NCBI RefSeq assembly: GCF_006345805.1
Contig: NC_043003.1
Coordinates: forward strand, 50,902,001-50,966,000
From: Octopus sinensis
Taxonomy: Eukaryota
DNA: 64,000 bases
Reading direction: 5' to 3'
Each line of letters opens with the position of its first letter. Positions within the stretch are counted from its first letter, which is position 1. Positions 55,027-64,000 of this stretch are shown here, piece by piece. Under the pieces are notes generated by a model. The model worked only from the letters and a program-made list of their open reading frames with translations, had not been told where the DNA came from and ran no database searches. Made by a program: the position numbers and the translations under genes.

Positions 55027-55901
55027 GTATGCCATAGAATTTAAACTAACATCAACAAGCGTGTTTTAAATTCTACACTCAATGCTAACTGATCCCTGCT
55101 TCAGAAAATTATTGATACTAGAAGGATGTGGGTATCTTTACCAAGAAATGCCAAAAAAAGTATCTGTAATCAAATATTTACTTGTAATTCAACACAATTT
55201 AACACCAATGAGCTCCTCCCTCTTAAGTTTACGATGCCTTTAAATATAACCAAAGCATTCTTTTATTCTTTTATTTGTTTCGGTCATTTTGACTGCGGCT
55301 TTGCTGGAGCACCACCTTTAGTCCAGCAAATCGATCCCAGGACTTAGTTTTTGTAAGCCTAGTACTTACTCTATCGGTCTTGCCGAACCGCTAAGTTACG
55401 GGGACGTAAACACACCAGCATCGGTTATACGACGGGCTTTCTTTCAGTTTCTGTCTGCCAAATCCACTCGCAAGGTTTTGGTCGTCCCGAGGCTATAGTA
55501 GAAGACACTTGCTCACGGTGCCACGCAGTGGGACTGAACCCGGAGCCATGTGGTTGGTAAGCAAGTTACTTACCACACAGCCATTCCTTTTATTTTCTTA
55601 CTTGTTTCAGTTATTGGACTGCAGCCATACTGGGGCAGAGCTTTTTTTTAATTTTAAGTCAGATACTTGTTCTCTTGGTCACGTTCATCGAAACTCTAAG
55701 TTACGGGAACGTAAACTGACCGGCACTGGTAGCCAAGCAGTAGTGGGGGATAAGCACAGACATAAAGTGAAAGGCACTGGATGACCCATTGAAGACTATT
55801 GTCTAGAGTGCCGCACAGTGGGACTCAACCCAAAACCACGTGGTTTCAAAGCGAGCTTCTTAACCACACAGCCATGCGTGTAACAATATATTTACAATTT
55901 T

Positions 55902-56640
55902 AGGGCGGCGAGCTGGCAGAATTCTTTAGCGCACGGGGCGAAATGCTTAGCGGTATTCTGTCTGTCCTTAAGTTCTGAGTTCAAATTCCGCTGAGGTCAA
56001 CTTTGCCTTTCATCCTTTCGGGGTCGATTAAATAAGTACCAGTTACGCACTGAGGTCGATATAATCGACTTAATCCGTTTGTCTGTCCTTGTTTGTCCTC
56101 TCTGTGTTTAGCCCCTTGTGGGTAGTAAAGAAATAGGTATTCTGTCTGTTCTTACGTTCTGAGTTCAAATTCCGCCGAGGTCGACTTTGCCTTTCATCCT
56201 TTCGGGGTCGATTAAATAAGTACCAGTTACGTACTGGGGTCGATCTAATCGACTGACCCCTCCTCCCCCAAAAATTCGGGCCTTGTGCCTAGAAAAAAAT
56301 ATATTTATAATCTTAGGGCGGCGAGCTGGCAGAATTCTTTAAGCACACCGGGCGAAATTCTTAGCGGTATTTTGTCTGCCGCTACGTTCTGAGCTCGAAT
56401 TCCGACGAGGGCGACTTTACCTTTCATCCTTTCGGGGTCGATTAAATAAGTAACAGTAACGCACTAGGGTCGATATAATCGACTTAATCCGTTTGTCTGT
56501 CCTTGTTTCTCCTCTCTGTGTTTAGCTCCTGTGGGTAGTAAAGAAATAGGTATTTTGTCTGCCGCTCAAAATCTGCCGAGGTCGACTTTGCCTTTCATCC
56601 TCCCCCAGAATTTCGGGCCCTGTGCCAAGAGTAGAAAAAA
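55902..56640 (+). mobile_element. Two tandem family B SINEs, each with an internal restart unit
   Basis: Heads agggcggcgagctggcagaattc at ~55902 and ~56314. The junction aaagaaataggtatt.tgtctg occurs at ~56130 and ~56545. aatatattta(c/t)aat flanks the elements three times. Confidence 0.88.
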
Positions 56641-58120
56641 TATATTTATAATTTTTAACACTCGAGTGTTCTTAACTTTATAAATCTCACAGATATAGTC
56701 ACGACAAATTTACTCGTTATAGATATTTCATGTGTTTCTTACTACAACGAATCAGAAATGTTTTGTTCATTTAGTTTCATTAGTGTCTTAGTGTCCAACG
56801 CTTTTCATAGTCACGGGCAGCAAAATAAGCCATAACATTTACAAAACTGCAAAGAATGAATACTGTCTCATTTTAATTTCTAGCTACAAATTGAAATCGG
56901 TCTTCAAATTTGAAATTTGTATAACCGTTCCAAATAAATATTTGACGCACACATAAGTTAATACTGGAAATAGAAATCGCTTATTGAGATATGTCTTTTT
57001 GCCTCTTCTTTTCTCTCGCATATGCCCCTTCTTTCCTTCATTTCTTTGTATTTCTTGAATCTCTAGTATACAATATCCTTCCAAATTAATGCTGTCCTTC
57101 CTACAATATTAGCTGCCCCCATGTACTCTCGCACAAGTTTCGTTATTCCTGATCTATTTTTCTTCTGTCCTTTGTATCCATTCTGGGGAGGGAGGGACGT
57201 TGGGGTCACCCCAATTATTTAGTTGGTTATATAATGTCTGTGGGCTGGCAGAATCGTTAGCACGCCGGGCGAAATAGCCAGCAGTATTTCGTCTGGCCTT
57301 GCGTTCTGAGTTCAAATTCGGCCGAGGCCGACTTTGTCTTTCATCCTCTCGGGGTCGATAAAATAAGTACAAGTCGATAAAATAAGTACACTGGATTCGA
57401 TGTAATCAGCTTAAATACTCCTGGATGAGAGTTTAACATTGCACCCCTCTGCCAAGCCACGTCGGGCCAGTGTGACAGGATAGGTTCATCAAACCAATAT
57501 GATCTCAAACACAAAATTCACGGCCTCCACATCAGAATATGGTTGATGGAGAGAACACGCTGAGGTCTTCGTCTTGCAATGAACTGAACGTAATCAAATG
57601 AATCCAGTCCAATATCATAAGCTATTACCCACATCTCTGAAGAAATGCTGCATAGCGGCAAATAAAGTTATGTAAAACAAGAAATTATTTCAGTAATTAT
57701 ATTCAACTTAACATGAATGTATTGTTAGATTGCCATGTTAAGTTGGTTATAAAGGTTGTCTTTTTGTAGCCTGTTGGTTGTTTGCTACATCTGTGCAACA
57801 ACGGTCAATGAGATTCCATATATCTCTGGCTGTGAGATTTGGTTGTGTGCGGCTACCGAACCTCCCGCCATTGAAGAGACAAGGTACGTCGAAATCACGT
57901 GATATGGACGTTCCAGCACCCATAACAGACGATTCACGTCTGCCAGCGATATGAATGTGTGGGCTTTTATGCACCATGTGTCCATACAAGAGATCCTCTC
58001 AAGAATTTAATATAATATTCGGTGCTCTGACAATACACCCCTGTTAAGTTGGATATTAAGATAACCTTTAGGTATTAATAGTGCTTCTGTCTAAAAATTA
58101 TTTCAATATAGATGTATGTA

Positions 58121-58727
58121 CGAGGAAGTACCCAAAAATAACCGGAAACGCTCTCTGTGACACAAGCCCGTTGTAATTCAGGCTTTCGCCGCTAGGAGCC
58201 ACTTGATGCGACCTTCAGGCATCAGTTTGCCGACCATCGCCGTCGGATGTAGTCCTACTGTTACGTGGTACGTTCAAGACGACCATCGACCTCCCGAACG
58301 AATGAAAGCATGAAAATTCATGAACTGATCTTGGAGAACTGTCACCGAACAATTGACGAACTTGTTGATATGTCTGGTGTCTCCTGGAGCTCTTACTAAC
58401 GAATTTTGAGCAAGGAATTGTGAATGCAAAGAGTTACAGCAAAATTTGTACCTCACTTGCTCACAGAAGATCAAAAGGTCATCGCTGGTGACGAAAGCTG
58501 GTGCTACGGAATTTGCAGATGTGGAAGAGGTAAAGAAAAAAACGACGGAGGTGTTGAAAGGCATCATTTCGCAAGAGTTCTAGTGATGCTTCGAATAGTG
58601 GAAAACGCGCCTGGACCGATGCATTGCTTCAAATAGTGAACACTTTGAACCGATAAGAAGTGTAAGCGTAAAACTAAATGAATAAAATAATATTGCAAAA
58701 TTTCGGTTTCTTTGGGGGGCTTCCTCG
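58121..58727 (+). mobile_element. Internally deleted mariner (Tc1/mariner) transposon
   Basis: TIRs cgaggaagtacccaaaaataaccggaa / tttcggtttctttggggggcttcctcg, with TA on both sides. Remnant ORF: RVTAKFVPHLLTEDQK-VIAGDESWCYG...FADVEEVK...WK.R.DRCI... Confidence 0.9.
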
Positions 58728-60730
58728 TATGTATCTATGTCTGGTTCCACTCTAGCTAACAGTAGCCATTACTTTTCTGATTAATTGTAAATCACACCAA
58801 TGTGAACAAAATATAAATAATCGATGTGAGTGTATTTACTAATGTGAATATTTCATAATTATATATCATATATAAATCGGCAAACTGGCAGAGTCGTTAG
58901 CATGCCGGGCAGAATGCTCAGCAGCATTTTGTCCGTCTTTACATTCTGAGTTCAAATTCCGCTGACGTCGACCTTACTTTTCATCCTTTCGGGGTTGATA
59001 AAATAAGTACCAGTTGAATACTGGAGTCGATGAAATCGACTTACCCACTTCACGGAAGTTGATAGCCTTGTGCCAAAATTTGAAACCAATTATATATCAT
59101 ATAATTCTAGGTATGTTTACAGACACACACAGAGGAATAATGTGTATGTAGGTATATATATATATGCATATGTATGTATACTTTTATATATAGTAAGCGA
59201 GTGTGTGCGTTGTGTGCTTCAGTATCTTATGCAGTGTAACTGTGTGGGCGCGTGTCTGTGTCTGCGTGTGTCTGTGTGTACCTGCGTGCGTTTGTGTGTT
59301 GGGGCGTGTGTTTATGTAAGTCTTCATTTGTTTTTCTCTATATCCTCTATATAGATATGAGATTAAGCAGTCGTAAAATAAATGGCAGAAATTCACAACA
59401 CAGACAGACGGCTGTTATAAAACACAAGCTTCAGAAATCGGTTTAACTGATATCAAATCGCAACAGATGACCGAACCATTATTCCGCCGCTACCATCGCC
59501 ACCACAACTGCCACCATCACCAACATTTATCGTCATATACTATATCATTTTTTTTTCTATTTCCTTTTCCTTATGTTATTTTTATTTCTACTTCCTGAGA
59601 ATTTGCTATGGCTTTCATCTTAGATATTATCTCGTTTATTTTTGGATATTCGTGTTCATTATTATTTTTTGTCATTTCATCTATTTTTCTTATTTTTGTT
59701 ATGGGGTAGGAGTATTTTTTGTTAGTAAGAGGAAAGGATACTCTGAATGATGGGACAATAACGAAATTCAGACTCTTTCCGTCCTCCATTTCCGGTCCCA
59801 ATTTTTTAAAATAATTTTCGGGAGGTTTTTCTCGGCTTTGTTTATTTATTCGTCAGTAGACGTAAGTTTTTTTTATGGGTTATGTTGACGTCAGCTCATC
59901 AGAAGACAACGGGTGTGGAGCAGAAGGGAAAAAAATATGAAATGAGAGGACATTTGGATATTTTATATAAGTGTATATATGTACATATGAGTAACTTTCT
60001 TTCGTACTGTAAGACGAATCGACATAATCGTTAAAGTGCCGAACAATTTGCCTTGCATTATCTGTTCCGACTTTTTCTTTACAGTCTGAGTGCAAATACC
60101 ACCGAGATCAATTTTGTATTTCATCTTTTCGGGACCGATAAAAGGAGTTCCCAGTGAAGTACTGGGTTGAAGGTATCGAATAATTCCGACACCAAAACAT
60201 TTTTAGTTCTTGTGCCTATTCTAGAAACAAAGACCTGGATTGACAGCATCGTTAGAGTGTCCGTCAAAATATCTTTCAATATTTTCTTCTAACCCTGAAT
60301 TCAAATCCTCCCCAGACCAACTTTGATTTTTCATCCCACCGACGTCGACACGAAAAAAGTGTAAGGATCTGTTTTTAGACAATTTTTTATTCTACTCTTT
60401 TATTGTCTATGATCATGCTCAATAGAGCGACGAAATGCAAACTCCACAACAAACATTCAAAGTGAAAATATTTCTACAGATTTTAAACTCCAAAAGAATT
60501 GAAGAAAACTAGCAAAATACGGGTACTTTTGAAGACAAAGGTGTAGTGATGGCTGTAATGGTTAAGAAGCTCACTTTGCAACTACATCATTTCGAGTTCA
60601 ATCCATCTGCAGGACACATTGGGCAGTGTCTTCTACCTGGCCGACCGATGCTTTGTGAGTGAATTTGGTTGACGGAAACTGTGTAGAAGTCCGTCGTACA
60701 TATATGTGTGTGTGTGCGTATGTGTGTGTT

Positions 60731-60775
<45 letters not shown>

Positions 60776-62029
60776 CTTATTTTTGTCCCTACCCTACCGC
60801 TTGACAACTGGCGGTAGTTTGTTTACAGCCACGTAACTTAGTGGTTCGGTAAAAGAGATCCATAGAAAAGCTACCACACTTAAAACAAGTGCTGGGGTCG
60901 ATTTGTTCGACTAAACCATTGAAGGCTGTAGCCCAGCATGGCCGCTGTCCAGTAACTGAAACAAGTTAAAAGACAAGAAAGACATTTCTGTGGAAAATAA
61001 TACTATTGGGAGTAGTCTTAGTGATATATTTGGCAAAATAACAACATTAACAACACTCAAATATACAAACAAAACTTTGGCATGGAAAAGTTTCAAAGCG
61101 TGGCAGACGACCAATTTGCTTTTATTGTTTTTATATTATCAAATGTTTTGTATGTTATATTATCATATATTCACTATATTTCTTTGGTTCATAACAAATT
61201 TTAAATATTTCCATTGAATAACGTCCTAACCACATTAGATCAGCATGCTGAAGCTAACGGAACTGCTTATTGGGATCTCCTTGATTGTCTTCATTAATAA
61301 TGGTTTTTGGGGGGTCGCTATACAACATGAATTAGAAAAGAAGGGGTTTAGCGGGATTAGTTTGTAGATGCGTGTACTGAACAAATGCAAAAAATGGTTC
61401 GAATAACTTACCATTTGATAACTGTTTGATATAAATAATAACTGGTAACTGGCTCCATTAAAATGGTTCCATCGATATTATACCCAAGAGATAATGGGAA
61501 CTATTTTTAATTGTGCTGGATAAAAATAGGCGCATGTCGTGAGTATCAAAAGTGATTGACCTTTTGAAATCTGTTGTTTATTGAAGTATTGTTGGGAAAT
61601 TTTAGAAAATCTATCAGTCACGACATTCGATAGCGACAGTAATAAGAGGCATCATAATTATCGATTTTCTCAACTTTCACTTACCAAACAAACCCCATCC
61701 CAATTAATAAAAAGTTAGTCGCTTTTACTGAGCATGACTTGCTCCTATTTTCGTTTTCCTGATTAAAAGTAACCTCTTAAGACGCTTAAGATAAAAATCA
61801 ATGGAACCACTTACCAATTAGCATTCTCCCTAAAGAATCGAAATATTCAAGAACCACACTCACACACACACACACACAACTCAGACACAACACATACGCT
61901 AACACATGTATGTATGTATGTATGTATGTATGTATGTATGTATGTATGTATGTGTACGTTTTATACACGTACGCATATAAGTATACATACACATAAATAT
62001 AAATGTGTATGTCCATTTCTTGTTGCGGT

Positions 62030-62345
62030 GTGGCGGTTTATTGCCTCGATAACCCTGAGGTTTATACCAGCAAACCGCAAGTTTCTGGTAACGCCTCCCA
62101 TGCTGGACAGTTCAAACAATAGACGACAGGCTAATGTAGAACACTTCTTCTTAAGGGTAAAAGTAAGTTTACATAAGGTCAACGCCCTTACCGAAAAAAA
62201 AGCCAAATTACAGAAGCATCGATGGCAATCTGAAACGAACATGACCTGGGAGAAGAAACAGAGAGACAAAACAGCCCAGAGCCGAGAACGATGGAGAAAA
62301 GTTGTCGATGGCCTATACTTCTTACAGAATGAAGAACTTAAGTAT
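62030..62345 (+). mobile_element. RTE-like LINE 3' fragment
   Basis: MTWE...TAQSRERWRKVVDGL..L.NEE matches the RTE ORF end (A.DR..WR..V..LC). Confidence 0.55.
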
Positions 62346-63026
62346 ATGTATATAGATACATATATATATATACACAAACAACAGATGCATAAATTTCACC
62401 ACGCCTTCAATCTGATAGCCCTTGATTTTCCACCATCAGCAAGAAAATTATCTCACTATGGAGTTCTCCCTTCACAAACCCATATCACAGGATAACCCAA
62501 GCAATATATTATACCAATCGTTCGATGCTCTTTGTGTGATCGATGACCTCAAGTTTCCCATACGTTTATGAGTTTTGTATGTTTATCTGTGAATCCTGTA
62601 TTTTCTCGCTAATTGACTTTAAATGGGAACTGAACGAGTTTAGCTAGTATATATAAACAGATACAACTATCTTTATAACTTATCATTTGAGGATCCGAAG
62701 TGTGACCTCCAGCAGCTCTCAAAATATTCAGTCTGGGATAAAATCCTTTTTGCTCTACAGAAAAGTATTGAGTACTTGCTCATATAATTGTGTAGACAAA
62801 TGTTTCGATTTCACTATGGCGTATTCATGTGCATGTATGTATATTCATATATATGTAAGTATGTATGTATATATAACTAATATAAACAGCGAAGCGAAAT
62901 CCGATACCATAAAGGAAAAATTCAATTGTCACTAAATGTGACTAAGGGTGCCAAGACACATACAATGCTAGAAATAAGAGTTGAAATACTCTTAATTCTG
63001 TAGGAAGAGCGTAAATGTATACACAC

Positions 63027-63154
63027 ATGCTGACAGGGGGTTCTAACCGCCCCGTCACCGACTCGAGAATCACTCAAACTAAACGTTTAGTTTCGCCTAT
63101 TTCCGTAGGCTTCATTAGTGAGGATAGATGTCGGGCAGTTCCGTCTGTCGGCAT
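63027..63154 (-). ncRNA. Type I hammerhead ribozyme-like RNA with an extended stem I (G5A variant)
   Basis: Minus strand CUCA-CUAAUGA-A-GCCUA-CGGAAA-UAGGC-GAAA-CUAAACGUUUAG-UU-UGAG (63122->63073). Flanks pair further: CCGAC/GUCGG, AACUGCCC/GGGCGGUU, AUGCCGACAG/CUGUCAGCAU. Confidence 0.7.
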
Positions 63155-64000
63155 ATAAGTATTCATCATAGAAATCTATGTATCATTTAGCGGAATGCTA
63201 ATGTGTATACAAAAGATTATATATACACCATACATACATTAATTCAAGTAAATGAATAAGATTACAGCAATTAATAATTACATAATTATTACATTGCTAA
63301 CAACGTTTTCGTATCAGTCATGGAAACAGTTGTAGAAAATATGGTATTTTTGAAATATCAACGACGTTGCTTGTTTTCTATGCTTCCTCATATTCCGCTC
63401 TGTCCGCTCGTTTTAACCTACTTTAAGAATTTTGCAATGTCGTACCCATTTTACTGCCACATTGAAGTAATAGTATATTGGAATTGATATATTGGAAAGG
63501 ATATATTAACGAATTAAGGCCTAGAATCCTGTGTACGTATGTAGGTGTTAGTGCGCACATGTAAACGGTGAGACACAGAGAGGGAGGTGCATTTGTGTGA
63601 GTGTTGCTTTTCGCCATTTGAATGCATTATAGACAAATGGTAAAGAAGTTCGCTTTGCAATCTTGAAGTCTTGGGTTCGATTTCACTGCGTGGCATCTTG
63701 GGTGAATGTCATTGGACTTGAGTCATCCCCAGCTTTGAGAGTGACTGTGGGTTTACAAAAACTGTGAAATTCGTTGGACGGATTGTATCTGTAATACTGT
63801 GGCCTTGGGAACCAGTGATCATGCTAATACAGGTTAAGAATTACGCTAAGGGTACTAGTGTCTGCGTGGTACTCAGCCACTTACACGCTAGTTCGATAAG
63901 TGTACTTATTGTCGAAACTGGCTGAGACCGTTTTTTTTTTACTTAGCCAATATGGGGTAGGCATGGCTGTGCAATTAAAAAGCTCGTTTGCTAGCACATA

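Noticed and set aside
57705-57746. 12-bp hairpin caacttaacatg/catgttaagttg
   Set aside because: Short, AT-rich and isolated; it could be chance and is not a credible pre-miRNA.
57747-57989. 80-aa minus-strand ORF with normal composition
   Set aside because: No recognisable domain or splice context. The plus strand weakly resembles a decayed LINE (..YISGCEIW..).

Overview
This is AT-rich eukaryotic DNA saturated with microsatellites ((TA)n, (CA)n, (CATA)n, (TAGA)n, (AAT)n, (GAA)n). The repeat content resembles octopus/cephalopod genomes; that assignment is an inference and was not checked by a search. No host protein-coding exon, rRNA, true tRNA or CRISPR array can be supported, and most ORF calls are microsatellite artefacts. 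The window is a graveyard of mobile elements: Penelope-like elements (PLE; RT + GIY-YIG), R4/Dong-type and RTE-type LINE fragments, a Helitron RepHel N-terminal fragment, an internally deleted mariner, hAT-type MITEs and at least four tRNA-derived SINE families. The main unexplained structure is a set of minimal or variant type I hammerhead ribozyme motifs, all with an extra purine after the CUGANGA-like box. They occur in a PLE 3' terminal repeat, in head-to-head fold-back elements, and at the tip of a ~128-nt hairpin at 63.0-63.15 kb. One fold-back (31.9-32.4 kb) is a tRNA-headed element with a hammerhead-bearing tail, a candidate PLE-mobilised, Pol III-driven 'ribozyme SINE'. Meta/MESC-like SINEs also form 184-nt concatemers whose junction recurs at two independent loci.
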